NCBI RefSeq assembly: GCF_006345805.1
Contig: NC_043013.1
Coordinates: 46,562,001-46,626,000, forward strand
Direction: 5' to 3'
Length of the DNA stretch: 64,000 nucleotides
DNA from: Octopus sinensis
Taxonomy: Eukaryota
Shown piece after piece: positions 50,331-64,000 of this stretch. Numbering within the stretch: position 1 is the stretch's first letter; each line of letters starts with the position of its first letter. The notes beneath the pieces are model-generated. The model made no database searches. It saw nothing but the letters and a program-made list of their open reading frames with translations, and was not told the origin of the DNA. A program made the translations under genes and the position numbers.

Positions 50331-52320
50331 TGAAGTCTTGTATAAAACAAATTGAGAACAGGACCTTTTATTTTGAAAAGAAAGAAAAAGAGAAAGCAAA
50401 TAATAATAATAATAATAGTAATAATAATAATAATTATAATAATATTAATAATAATATTAATTAATAAAAAACAAAGAGAAGAGAGAGACAAGAAGGAATA
50501 AAAAATAAATAAATCTAATAAAATAGACTAGACTACACACTACTATACATTCACTCGTCAATCACCCATAAAACCTTAGTGTAGTTCTACAAGAAGTAAC
50601 ACTAGAAGACTACCAGACTCATGGTAGAGCTTGCTTTCATTGTATGATCTGTTTCTTTTTTCTAGTTAGATATCTGTCGTGCACAAAGTATCTAAAATGT
50701 TTGAAGGCGAGAATGGTGTTTGACACTTTGCTTTTATATATAAAAAAATTTGCTAATAATATTAGTAAGTCAAAGATGCCATCAGTATATGTGTTTTTTT
50801 TCTTAACCCGAACAGAATGAGTTGTTGGTCAAGTTTCATGTTGCGAACATGTATGCACACATCATACAGCAAATCTAAGAAGCGTTGCCAGGACGCCTGT
50901 ACACATTCACAATACCAGAAAAAGGTGTGATACCGTCTCCACCTCACGTTGACAAAAAGTGCTTAGGTTGCTTTCGGCCAATTTAATCTTGAATCGTAGA
51001 GAATTAGTTGCTAGAATATTGTGTATAATTCTGAACTGGAACCATCGTAGTTTAGTATCTCTTGTTGTCTTTATAGGTAGTAAAGATATTTTACGCCATT
51101 CTAGTTCAGCAAGCATACACTCTTCCTATTTGTGTTTGGGTATTAAACAAGCATCAACATTGTTTAAAACATAGTATTATCGTTTGGCTCCTTTCTTAAC
51201 AGACATAAGCTTTCGGATGGCTGTATTATTCTCTAATAATGTTGGAAAGCAGTAGGTTTGCTTATTTTTAACCTTGTCAGGTAGATTTTAATGGCCCTGA
51301 TAAGCCTATTATATTGGAGAAAATTTGTATCTAGTTTTTAAAAGTTCTGGAATTTTTCCAGGGTGCGGTAAGATCAATCTAAATTGATAAAGTCAAGAAT
51401 CTCAAACCACGCACGAAAAAAGATTGCTTCTTTACCGACACGTAAGTGTTTATTAAAGTAAATTGGTTCTCTTATGAATTCATCATATGAATTAGGCTCT
51501 GTCTTATTTGTAAACTTTGTCAAAGACAGAAATACAATATTCCAAAAATCTTTCCTGGTAGTGTTAGCTAGTTTGCTCGTGAAAACATTACCAAATACAG
51601 CCAAATTATTCAGCTTTGTGGAGGAGACATGGCATAAGTGTTTCCATTTGGATTCATAGTGAATGTCCAGCAACTTTCTTATCCAGGATAGCTTTAAAGA
51701 GCTGACTTATGCAAAAGCTTTGACCATACCAAGTCCACCTTCTTTAACCGGCTTACAAGCAACAGCTCTCTTAATTTTCTCAAGTTTTCCACTCCAGAAA
51801 AATTCAACCCTTAGTAAAGCTATAGTTGAATGACCTCAACAAAAACGGAGATAAATCTTTCCAAAAGAATTTATAAAAATCATAGGTGAAGCCATCGAAA
51901 CCTGGAATTATATTGTTCTTTGCCTTTTTCAAACATTTCAAAAGTTCATCGCGAGTTATTGGGCCTTCGATGAGTCAAAACCTAAGCCTATACAAGGTTC
52001 CCTTCAGAAAAAAGTTCATCAAGATCACAGCTTTTCAGCGCATGCTTCTTAGAAGAATACAGTCTTTCGTAAAATAATGTTGCCTCAAGAACAATATCCT
52101 TTGTATTTTCTATAGTAGGTCCTTTATCTATCTCTAACTAGCCATGCCTTTACTTACAAAATTCCTATTTTCTGGGTTGCAAAAATAACGGCTGACCTTC
52201 TCCCCTTCATCTGTCCACTTGGCCGCCTTTGACCGAATTATAATACTCTCCATTTTTGCTTTACGAATCTCTTCTAATACTTTGCTTTTTTCTTCGAGTT
52301 TTTCAATTTCTAACAAATAC
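50330..52320 (-). pseudogene. L1-Tx1-type LINE relic with the RT core deleted
   Basis: IIRSKA.W..EGEK.SRYFCN.E.RN and PGFDGFT.DFYKFFW.DL, joined directly to FFWSGK.EKIKR..KEGGLGM, then the zf-RVT region. Confidence 0.88.
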
Positions 52321-53359
52321 ACGTACATATGGTTAGTGTCCCACACCTTACTTTTTGCATTGAATATAGACTTGTGTTAGCAAGCATTTTCTGCCAGCAA
52401 AAAGTAAATACAAAAACAACCTGGATGCATCCAAGTTCTAAAAATTGTCACTTTATTGACAATGTCTTGGTGCGCAAATCAGTTTTGAAAGATCCGCAGT
52501 GTTCCAGCTATGAGACGAGCAGAATCCTACACTGGCCAGACGCTCGGAAGAGGGAAGCCTTGTTTTTCATTCCAGCCCCAAATTAGAAAAGGAAAGCTCT
52601 AGCGTACCAAAGTGAATTAAGATAGGAAAGCTTAATTACCCCGTTTCACTGTAATTTTTTTGTGATTCAATATGCTTCAGTCAAACGAGAAAATCCATGG
52701 GAAAGTTTCTGATTAGACCTCTATAAATCGAACATCTTCCACTATGGGCTTCCGATTTCAGAAAGAAGTTGAAAGGTTTATTGACAACGAATCGGGAATT
52801 TGTAATCTTCATGAAAAGCAACAGCTAAGCAAACAAATTTTAAACACACCAAATAATCACAAATAATGAAAGATATAAGGGGCGGCACCAAAAGGCAAAA
52901 GTTGTGAGGGGGTGAAAAGAAAATAAGCTCACTATGGATACCATATACGAGTGCTCAAATGGATATGAACTTTAGCTCCAGCATCTTTATTCAGATCAAA
53001 CGCCACAGCATCGAAGGCAATCCTTATCGCGGTGTTATGGAGATACTAAGATATCTAAACACAATTAGGCTTCAGAGGTATATTTACACGGAACGCAAAA
53101 TACAGATTATAAAGTGAAGACACAAAGTCTCAATTCGACAGCTGTTTCAAGATTACTATAACGTACCTATTGGCCATATTCATAAGTAATACGTGTGTGA
53201 CCCGCGAGTCCGGTTGAAATTGGTAGAGTAAGTCAGGCATTACTTTTCAAGAGAAGAGTTGCAAATGCCTTTACATATTTTTTCTTATTTTAGAATCTGT
53301 ATTATGTGATCCGTAGAATTATATATCTCAAGCACGTGCTTATCAACTTCACTATATTT

Positions 53360-53407
53360 ATATTATATAATACAATATTATATATATATATATATATATA
53401 CATTTAT

Positions 53408-53471
<64 letters not shown>

Positions 53472-53666
53472 CTATATACAAACATATATCTCTCTCTATA
53501 TATATAATATGAATTAGAGATAAAACCACTTGATTTAATCCTAAATCTAATTTTTCCCTGTAAGTTTGGAGCCATACTCCCTAATATATATATATATACA
53601 AATAATCTTGCAAAACAAATATATACACAAATATATATATATATATACATATTTATATATATGTAT

Positions 53667-53720
<54 letters not shown>

Positions 53721-53967
53721 GTTTGTGTGTTTGTGTGTGCGTGTGTGCGCATGCGTATTTGCTGTTTCTGGTTGTCCCCCGCGACCGCTTGGTACCCGGT
53801 ATTTATTGCTTTGTTTACGCGCTTGTACTTAAGCAGTTAGGCAAAAGAGACTGATAGAATAAGTATCAGGCCTTACAAAAAGTGCTGGGGTAGATTTCTT
53901 TAACTAACCTTTTAAAATATTATGTGTGTGTGCGTGTTTGTGCGTGTGTGAATGTGTGTGTCTAAGC

Positions 53968-53998
<31 letters not shown>

Positions 53999-54069
53999 TG
54001 TATGTATGTATGTATGTATGTATGTATGTATGCATGTATGTATGTATTTATCTATCTATATATATATAT

Positions 54070-54115
<46 letters not shown>

Positions 54116-54230
54116 CTCTCTCTCTCCCCCTCTCTCTCTCTCCCCCTCTCTCTCTCTCACCCCTCTCTCTCTCTTTCTCTCTCTCTCTTTTTCTCTCTCT
54201 CTCTATATATATATATATTTATATATTATA
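53360..54230. repeat. (TA)/(GTAT)/(CTAT)/(CT) microsatellites with a degenerate SINE A tail (about 53720-53915)
   Basis: Directly visible; GGCAAAAGAGACTGATAGAATAAGTA. Confidence 0.88.
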
Positions 54231-54413
54231 TAAAAGGGCTTAGTAAAATAAATTACTTTGCCGCATACTGAACTCATTAGAAATAGCAGCTAAAAAAACT
54301 TTTTTAAACTATTTCTAATACTTAAAGAAAACCTCTCTCATATAGTGTTTGCTCAATTCAACTCACGAAAGTATGGGGGTAGAGACATTAAAAAATCAAA
54401 TGCAAAGGTTATT

Positions 54414-54466
54414 TGAGAACGTACGTTTCAAGATTAGTCAAACTCGACATTTCTATCATCAGCTCA
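54414..54466 (-). ncRNA. Type I hammerhead ribozyme in a (TA)n-flanked element (54232-54588)
   Basis: UGAG-CUGAUGA-uAGA..GUC(gaguuu)GAC..UCUu-GAAA-CGUACG-UU-CUCA; canonical core and palindromic stem III. Confidence 0.82.
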
Positions 54467-55086
54467 GAACTCCCTGGTTTGGATTTGAAAACACTGAAAG
54501 TGGGAGCATACCCTTTCGGCTTCTTATCGCTTCTGAAGATCTGCTCGGAACTAACAGTGCCAACAAACTCAAAAATGCAAGCGAAGTTATATATATATAT
54601 ATATAAATATATACATACATACATATGATTTAAGGCATGGCTGTAATAAAAGCAAGAGATTCCGGCCGACCCAGTTTCAGGCATAATACCACAAAATACA
54701 CAACCAGTACTTTACTAAATTTAGGCTATTTAAAGTTCATACATTAATCTGCATGATAAATATGTGAGTTAAACAAGTCGGAGAAACCAGACATCAAACA
54801 AGTGCATGCAGAGACGTATTTTGCACTGGAGCAGGTTTACTTTTTGAAAAATCGATCTCAGGATTTGTTTCGTAATTCTATTTCAATTCACGAGACAACG
54901 TGGTTTACATTGGTCACAGTTTTGATCGAAAATGGAAGCCGCGTCGATTAAAAGAAAAAACATCCAGTTTACGTGCGACAAGTGCAATGTAGTGAGAAAA
55001 CACTGGAACAAGTGTGCAGACATCTTTGCTCATATTATATGTGTTCTGAGGAGCAGACGACAAAGCAGCGGTATAAAACTCTGTAA

Positions 55087-55311
55087 GGTGGCGAGCTGGC
55101 AGAATCGGTAGCACGTCGGGCGAAATGCTTATTTCGTCTGCCGTTACGTTCTGAGTTCAAATTCCGCCGAGGTCGACTTTGCCTTTCATCCTTTCGGGGT
55201 CGATAAATTAAGTACCAGTTACGCACTGGGGTCGATATAATCAACTTAATCCGTTTGTCTGTCCTTGTTTGACCTGTCTGTGTTTAGCCCCTTGTGGATA
55301 GTAACGAAATA
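55087..55311 (+). mobile_element. SINE family B
   Basis: 17-bp TSD GGTATAAAACTCTGTAA / GGTATAAGGCTCTGTAA at 55070-55086 and 55312-55328. Confidence 0.93.
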
Positions 55312-55699
55312 GGTATAAGGCTCTGTAAAATATTGGTTTTGAAACCAAGCCAGTGGATTTCTAGGAACCTGTTACTATCTATTGTGCAGATATTCCTCAC
55401 CAAATAGTTGAAAGTTGAAAGGGTTTCTATAAATATTGACACATGGATCGTTTCGTTTTACCAACGCAGAAATTTGTTATATTGACAACCATGACAACGA
55501 TACCATTACGATGCTGAGCAGCATCTCGTCTACTACCTCTACTTATCCCTCTACCATCACTGCCCTTACCATCTTTATCCTCGACCCATAACCATCGCCA
55601 CCACCATCACCACTACCTTCGACACCACTAGCATCATCCCTACATCAATAACAATAATGATGGACCAATACTATTAAGGATACAGTATAGAAAGAATAC

Positions 55700-56390
55700 T
55701 TTCATTCACCGGCCCTTATATCAACAACAATAACAAAAGACTTGCAATAATAAGAATTAAGCAAAGTAGTCAGAATAGAATTCGCTAGAGAAAACAAAAC
55801 CAGTTTTACCAAAAGATGAGCGGAAATTGTAACAATAGAACTGTGATACGTAATTGGGAAGAAGGCAAACATTACTAGCACAAGACTCGGTGCTACTCAA
55901 ATATCACAGAAATTCTAAATGGCTGCATAAAGTATGGCAAGAAATTGTAAACAATACTGACCAGTCATAACTTGTAATAACCAGGAGAAGGGATAAAGAT
56001 AGGCTGCAGTAAAATACACTACAAGGGGATCCCTGGCATTGATGAACGGTAAAGGTTAAAAACCTCGTCTCTTTTCACAAGAGAATAACTAAACAATTAA
56101 AGGATATCGTTCTATGTGGCAGATAACCTTTAGCAGAAGTATGACGTAAGTCACAACAATTTTGTGTTTGAAGAACGTAAACAAAGGTAATTTGAGTTAA
56201 ATAGAAAAATAAGACTCTTGTCATATCTGTGTTAAGGTATAGTGGAGAAATCCTAAAACGAAGTAATTGATAACTCGGAAAGTTATGACCATAAATTTGA
56301 GCTTTATACACCGATCATGATGTTAGTAAGATCAATACTCGTAAAATGGAATAAAAACAGCTTGAGAAGAATAGATACAGAACTGGGAAA
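55700..56390 (+). pseudogene. Second R4/Dong-type relic, internally deleted
   Basis: RIKQSSQNRI, YQKMSG, SKWLHKV, PGID, SFHKRITKQL, TTILCLKNVNKGN, then a jump to VISVLRYSGEIL and ALYTDHDVSKI. Confidence 0.6.
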
Positions 56391-56701
56391 ATGTTCTTTA
56401 ACATAATTTGCATGGCAGGTGATGTGATGCTGGGTGATCACTTGGTGGTTGAAGTTATGATGCCATTGAAGACATTGTCACCATTCTGTATTCTATATGT
56501 CTGCAACAACCAACATAATTTTGTATTATTTCTTTAATATGTAATCTAAACTTATATTCTGTATATATTTTATGTTCTGTATAACATGTGACACAATATT
56601 TCAGCCTGTATATATTTAATATATAAACACAATCTTGTAATCTAATAATCTGAATATGTTTAACATGTAGCATAATCTTATATTCTGTGTCTCTATTTAT
56701 G

Positions 56702-56749
<48 letters not shown>

Positions 56750-56753
<4 letters not shown>

Positions 56754-57113
56754 TCCGTAATAATGAAGGGTGAAATTAATTAATTTGGAATAATTATCAA
56801 TTACACCAAGTAGTCTTCGGCATGTAAAAGCCTCATTCGAGGAAAATTTAAGTAATACTAAGCAATAAAGGGTTTAGCAACGAATTGCCTTACCACATAC
56901 CGAATTTAGAAATAGCAGTCAAAGGGTTATAGCTATTTCTTCTACTTTTTAGTAGAAGAAATAGCTATAACCCAATTCGTTGCTAAACCCTTTATTGCTT
57001 AGTATTACTTAAATTTCTACTAAAAAGTAGAAGAAATAGCTATAACCCTTTGACTGCTATTTCTAAATTCGGTATGTGGTAAGGCAATTCGTTGCTAAAC
57101 CCTTTATTGCTTA

Positions 57114-57116
<3 letters not shown>
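56750..57116. repeat. Complex fold-back of a pLTR-like family inside (TA)n
   Basis: 56856-56948 is inverted at 57024-57116, with two extra short inverted pieces between; homologous to 34992-35095. Confidence 0.9.
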
Positions 57117-57156
<40 letters not shown>

Positions 57157-58870
57157 AAGGTTATACAGTGTAAGTTGTATATATTTTATACGTAACACAA
57201 TGCTCTAAGCATCTATCTCATTTAATATTAAATTTACATTGTGTATACATTTAAGATATAACGGATATTTATATATCCTTTTTTTTAAAACATCAAATTT
57301 GGTAAAATGCTATTTCATAAGGTTGCAAGATCTATAAAGAAGAAACGTTTTCCAAGACTAAATGATATTTTTTTTAAAGTGGTTTAGCCAAAGGAAGGAG
57401 TTCGGGGAAATTCCCATTTATTTATGTTTTGAATTCAAAACTGTCCGAGGCCAACATATTTCCAAAGTTGGCAAAATAAAATACAATCAGGTACTGAATT
57501 CTACTAATCCCTCGGCCAAATTTCCAGACTTTGCTCTGATGTTAGAAAATATCTATTTTTCAAAATTTCAATCATAGTTTACATCAGGGTTTTCCAAACT
57601 GGCTCATCAGAACTCTCCTAATGTCCGTGTAATAGTTCAAGGGTGTCCCAGTAAGAATTCAGGGGTGTCGCGATAACACAATTAAAAAATGTCTTTATAT
57701 TTTAGATTCTAGCTTTATGATGCTTATTTATAGACATCTGCATTTTTCCGATAAAAAATAAAAGGACCCTCCCCGCCTCCCCAAACGAAACAAAACAAAA
57801 ACATACAAACACGCAAACTAAATTTGTATATTTAAAAACATGATTATTACAACTTAAAAATCTTATGATGACCATGCACTAAAATTTCGTCATATTAACA
57901 CAATGTTTCCAAATTCAATTTTAATGCCACGTCATTGTGAAACAGCCACCGCGACTCACTCCATCCAGACGATCTCTGATAATGGAAAGTACAATTTTCC
58001 ATTTTTTACTATACTACTACAATATTCTAGCCTTCATTCCACTGGATTCCTAGTGCAACATATTTTAATTTGCAATTTAATTTTAAGTTCTTGCATCATG
58101 AACTCAGATGAAATTGTAGATAAGTATAACACATGAAGCTGCTTAGAGGGATTTCTGTCAACTAAAATATTATAAAGACGCGACATGAAGCTCTTCTGTG
58201 TAAAATTTAGTGAAACGAGATAGGAAGGCTCGTTAGCATTATACATTCGTTATCGTAATTTTTCGCGATAGGAGTGAACAGACCCGGTTGTTTTGAAATT
58301 AAATTAAATTAAAAAAGATTTAAATTAGATTAAAATACATTATTCATAAATTGATAAGTAATTACTATTGAAAATTTTTAGTGTTAAAAAATTATTTTGT
58401 TTAAAATATTTTATGGAATTATTATAAATGAATTGCTTTGTATCATAATGAATTGATAACGTAATATCTACTGATTATTAGCTATAATAACTGGGGGGTG
58501 AAGTTTTATTCACGCATTATGCTCTGTGAAAATAGGAAACTAGAAAAGTAAATAAGCACGATAGTTATTCATGAAAGTTGTATGAAACCATATCGCTGCA
58601 TATACAAACTAATTGCAACATATCTTGTTATAAATACGACTTGTAGCAATAAAATTGTTAATAAAAGTGTTCCTTTCGAAAAATCGAGTAAATATTATAA
58701 TCATTTTACTAACCCTACGAAATTAAACTGATAGTTTCTAACAGTGATAATTCGCAATCAGTACTTTTGTTGAGTGAGATCTTTATTGCGGCTTGCTCAA
58801 AGGTTGTTAGAGAAAATTTCGTTTTATAATTACGTGATAGACTGTATATTTTCCTATCAACACGTAATTG

Positions 58871-59310
58871 GGATCTTTTCGGTTTGAAAGGCAGTTTTTA
58901 ACATAATTTCTAGGTAACTAGAAATTTTAAACTTCGTATACTGGTAGAATGTGTTTATGAAAGATCTTTTTCTCTTGGCTTTGTTGAGAAAATTCTATAG
59001 TTTGTAAGATATTTGTTGTTGTTTTTTCTTCAATTTCTGCAATTTCAACCAATCAATGACGTCCATTGAGGTAAAACAAGCATTCTGTGCCGTATGAATA
59101 TGTCCCTCGTTTAAGAAACAGATTGGGTTTATTTACATTTGTGAAGAAAAAAAGATACCATTCCCCCACCCCTAACCCTAACCCTAACTAACCCTAGCCC
59201 TAACCCTAAAACAGTTTGAAATGCAATAGATCGATACTAGGGTCATAATTATGGGTGACAATTTCATATGACACCGCTAGAAAAAACTGCCGTTCAAACC
59301 GAAAAGATCC
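58871..59310. mobile_element. TTAGGG-bearing MITE
   Basis: TIRs as above; 8-bp TSD CGTAATTG / AGTAATTG (7/8); (CCCTAA)n at about 59169-59210. Confidence 0.93.
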
Positions 59311-59538
59311 AGTAATTGAATTTATAGCAGTATAAAACTGGATAAAACAATGCCGATAGCATAACTGACGTGTCATAAACTTCAAGGAGTACTGTGAATT
59401 CGTAGGTAGCTTTCTGAGCATGAAGTAATTGCGGACCAAAAGTAGGAAGTATAATTTGCAATATGAATATTTACTTTGCCTTTAAAAATAATGGAGAATT
59501 GCATGCGCACTCAATTCGTAACTATCGTTTAACAAAGA

Positions 59539-59770
59539 AGGTGGCGAGCTGGCAGAACCGTTAGCACGCCGGGCGAAATGCGTAGCCGTATTTCGTCAGT
59601 CGTAACGTTCTGAGTTCAAATTCCGCCGAGGTCGACTTTGCCTTTCATCCTTTCGGGGGTCGATAAATTAAGTACCAGTTATGCACTGGGGTCGATGTAA
59701 TCGACTTAATTCGTTTGTCTGTCCTTGTTTGTCCCCTCTATGTTTATCCCCTTGTGGGTAGTAAAGAAAC
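59539..59770 (+). mobile_element. SINE family B
   Basis: Family consensus. Confidence 0.92.
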
Positions 59771-62700
59771 AAACTGGAGGTATAAAACCTATAAAATCGA
59801 AAAAAAGACTTTAATTCAAGACATTTTTCCTATTGAAATATAGATGTAGATTCTTTTAAAGGTTATAGGAATCTTTCAGTAAATAAAAGCAATCTCATGA
59901 GAATCCTGTTCACTTTATAGACAGAGTGAAATTCCAAGGGAATTTTCTGAAACTGCTTATTTAACTACAGGTGCTAATAACCATACAACGCCGGTTAAGA
60001 ATTTGTGTTGCAGCAGAAATGACAGAAATTATTCATAGAAAAACAAACAGCAAATGAATTAAGGAAGGTTCTTTTGTCGAAATTATACTGTTAGTAGTCG
60101 TATTTCAGAAATTAATGATGACGAATTTGAGCAACTTATAAGAATAATTAAAAAAAAAAAAAGCTCTAAATTTCAAATTCGGCCCGATGAAATAACTGAC
60201 ATTATTATCTCAGCACATTTATTGGGATGTTTTATATTGTTACGAGTATAACGCACTGCAGACTTGTGCTGTTGATCGTTAGATGGACGTGCAACAGATG
60301 AAATTATTATTCAAAAACTAAGTAGACATTGAATGGAATAACTGCAATGGAGTATGTACTGATGGCGCGACAGCTATGACGAGAAGGAAAATTAGATTTC
60401 AAATTAAAGTCAAATCCATCAGCAAAAATCCTGCTATTGTCATTCACTGCATAAATCAGAGAGTTGCGTTAGTGCTTAAGAAATTTTTTCAGTGCTGAAT
60501 AAAGCATTACAAGATGCAATTTAGATTATTAACTTATTAAAAATCGTACACTCAGAAGCTACCTCCACGCAAATCTATAATAAAATGGAATCGAATTTCA
60601 GCAAACTTTATTCAGAACAAAAGTGTAATGGCTCTCAATTGGACGAATTTTAAAATGGTTAGAACAGAAAAATGAAGTCATGTCATGATATTCTTGGGAC
60701 AAAATTTAGAGCGGGCACACTTTTTTTTCCTTTTTTTTACAAAGAACTAGTTATGGACATTACGCTACTGTGGGATGATAAAAAAATATAATAATGAACT
60801 TAATGTGTCTCAACAAGGAAAGAACGTTAATATTTTTCTACTTAAATATGAAATTCAAGTCTTCATGGAAATGCAAAACAGACAATAATAAATTAGAAAC
60901 ATTGAAATAGTGTGCATGAAACATCAGCCATTAAAGCTCGGGAAGAATATACAGAATATCCTAGTAATTAACTTTTCTGTGGAAAAACCTTAAATGCTAT
61001 CCTGAAGTACCAATATTGTCCAAACTACTAGTTGAAACCCTTCCACCTTTTGTCACAATATACTTGTCTGAATCAGCATTTTTGGTGTTGAGTGAAATAA
61101 GATCTAAAATTCGCTCCAGTGTTATGAAAACTGAAATTGCCTTGAGACCAGCATTAGCAAATATTAAGCTCAACTTTTATTTGTTTTGCAAAAATAAACA
61201 AACGCATCACACTCATCAAAGGTATTACTTCTATTTGTAATAAATTTCTATTTAAAAGTCGAGGAATGTTAGTTTTATTATTTAGTAAAAAAGAAAATAA
61301 TGAGGGCCGCGATGAATTTCAGCGCATTATTTCCTGAGGGAGAAAAGATTTTCTTTAATATTTTTATATTAAAGCTAATTTTGAATTTGATTTTTCTTCG
61401 GAGGAAACGCTGCTTTTGAGATGATTTTTTTCTATTCTTTTAAGAATCTTTTTTTGTATATTTTTATATTATTTATTAAAAATATTTTATATTTGCAATG
61501 TTGAATTTTGAATTTAATTTTTTTAAATTCAGTAGTTGCTGCTAATTGTTATTTATTTGAATTCTTGCCAGTAAGAAAGTACGTCATCATTTCTGTTAAA
61601 GGAAACAATCTATATATTTATTTATTATTATTATTTTTGTTAAATACATGTGACTAATATTGTCCTTTTATTCCAAGTCATCTATTTCGCAAAAAGAAAA
61701 ATTTCCACAAGTTTGTTTCCTGCAAAAAATAAAGACATAGAATATGTAGTTTAAGACATTTATTAAAAGAAGGAATTGTCTTATGGTTGGCTTTTCCACC
61801 GAAGAAAAATCTCGTATGCAATTTTCTAAGTAGATTTTTACGCGTTTGTTCTTCCGTAGCGAAAATCGCCAGAGGTCAATTTTACTGAAAATGTAGATGG
61901 TTCTTCAGGCTGTGAAAGGCTGGAAGTTCATTTATCAAATGCGGGATGAGATTTGGAAGAATTTCTTTTCATGGAAAGGGTTCTGGATTACATTTGGCAA
62001 ACTGTAAATAATTTCCATGATGGTCTTCAAGTTTTTATTTATATCCAATCAACCTTCATTATCTTACTAATTTTGCAGGATTTAGATAATTACATGTCAC
62101 TTCTTTCTTACTTTTGGCGATGACCAGTTGAACGCAACTTGTAGTAAAGTACAAACATTTCACTGAATTTAACTGATGAATATGTAATCCTATTTACACG
62201 TTAAGGGTTATTTCATGAAGTTTTTTCCCCCTTATTTTCCATGTTAATTGGTTTTTAGTAATTATTTCTGTTTATCTCATTATAGATTCCTTGACAGTCA
62301 GTATTAGAATTAGGGATTTTTCATTCCGAAATGAAATATTAAATCCTCTTGTCCATGTCAAGGCGAGTACAACGCATGTGAGAGATTAATAAAAACATTC
62401 TACACTAAAAGAATCCTACACCACTGAACACAGAAGCCATGTTTCAATTTAAATTTTTAAAGAAATCTCTTACATGAGATTCCCGACATTTCTCAGTTCT
62501 TTCAAATCCCTTAATTCGCATCGATCCTCAACCCTGTATTCATATCAACATTTTGAAACTAGTTCTTGCCGACCATTGTCATAGTAACTCCGAATCTTAC
62601 TGTATAACATAAACTCTATAATCCTATAATACTTACTATCAGATGTTTGTCATTTCTCTGTAGATACAGCCATTTTAATATTGGCTGCGTAGAAAAGTAT

Positions 62701-63840
62701 TGGTTAACATAAGATCTATGTTATCATTTGCTATATTAAAGACAAAGTGTAAACTTTGTGTTACTCGTGCCTACACCATTTCATACTAATATTGATATCA
62801 ATGGAAAAGTTTTTATATTAGTATGAATTATTGTTTATATTAGTAGTCACATGTGGTTATACAATGAAGCACACTACAGTTATATAGCATCGCTTCTTGG
62901 ATTTAATCATTATTTCATATCTTTTATTTTATCCCGATTTTCTTTAATAAATTTACCGTTTTCAGATTAAACTAAGATAAATAAATGTTTTAATTAATTA
63001 CTAGATTCCCCGCGAAATTTCTTTTTATCAATTACGGGATTCAAAAAGTATGGAATTTTAATAGATTACCATCTAGTTCTTATCTGCTCTTTTAATTTGA
63101 TTGCATCTAAGCGCACTCACATAGCTACAGTCGGTATTTTTTCAATCGAAAGACATGGACAATTCATAATGAATTAAATAACCATTTAAACACAACAAAA
63201 AGCAGGCAACCTTTAGAAATAGTGATAAAAATATTCTTCCCAGCTACAACTTCTTCATGCATTATTCAAAACAAAATGCAATCAAACAACGAACTGAACA
63301 CATATCTTTTAATTCACGGAAGAAAGAAAGGGGAATCACGTTATTACTTTTATCGAACGAAATATGTTGAATACGTCCAATTTCTAACGAATAATAATAA
63401 TAATAATAATAATAATAACTGCTCTCTCACTCAATAATAATAATGATGATGATGGTGATGATTGCACTGATGCAATACCTGGCAGTAGCTCTCATAGCTT
63501 CTGTTCTTAACTGATTGTAAGTGTTATCATGTCCATGTTTTGTCTTGGTGTGAAAGATGGGCTACAGCGAATATTCCGTTCAATACCACAGATTTGCTCG
63601 TCAGTTACTTGACCTTATTCAGGTGAACATGTCGTTTAGTGGCTGACGATATGTGCATCTCCGAACATGAGCAAGACATGTTGGTGTGCACCATAGCCAT
63701 GTGTCGACATTCTTTGGGATTTCAATAATTCACCACTGGAAACAGTGTTTCGTCCGTCATCCTTAAACAACCCTCATTCAGGGATCTTTTGAGCAGGATG
63801 GGCTACTCAACACGTAGAAAAGAAAATTCTAACTGGGCTC

Positions 63841-63912
63841 TCCATCCATCCGTCCGTCCGTCCGTCCGTCCGTCCGTCCATCCATCTGTCCGTCTGTTTG
63901 TCTGTCTGTCTG
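63841..63912. repeat. (TCCA)/(TCCG)/(TCTG)n microsatellite
   Basis: Directly visible. Confidence 0.95.
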
Positions 63913-64000
63913 TGCATGGACGCAGATATGGCTGAGAAGTTCGATTCGGATACAGGAGGTTTCAATTTCAATCACATTGCGTGGCATTGTGTTTACCTCA

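Larger units (their letters stand above)
57585..61330 (+). pseudogene. hAT Charlie/Buster-type transposon relic (coding remnants at about 59780-61220)
   Basis: Probable 5' terminus CAGGGTTTTCCAAACT; FQIRPDEITDI, WNNCNGVCTDGATAMT, IHCINQR.AL, V*WLS.G.IL, PFVTIYLSESAF..IRSK.RS, KQTHHTH; 3' TIR not identified, so the link between the 5' end and the coding part is inferred. Confidence 0.75.

Noticed and set aside
61330-63400. AT-rich unique-looking region, possibly old transposon coding sequence
   Set aside because: No motif I could identify on either strand.

Overview
AT-rich, repeat-dominated eukaryotic DNA. It is most likely from an octopus or other coleoid cephalopod; this is inferred from the tRNA-derived SINE families and the very high microsatellite density. 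I found no intact host protein-coding gene. Nearly all ORFs in the track are microsatellite or SINE artefacts. The window holds about 40 SINE copies or fragments, three full and one partial copy of a TTAGGG-carrying MITE, and a complete but dead hAT-Tip100 element. It also holds decayed R4/Dong, L1-Tx1, Penelope, Tc1/mariner, Helitron and hAT-Charlie coding relics, often nested several levels deep. The most striking signal is a set of short non-coding elements, mostly embedded in (TA)n tracts, that carry minimal type I hammerhead ribozyme folds and often end in fold-back inversions. These include a 3x454-bp and a 2x357-bp tandem array resembling retrozymes or Penelope pLTRs, and several have non-canonical catalytic cores. 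All alignments and family names are by eye or from recall, not from database searches.
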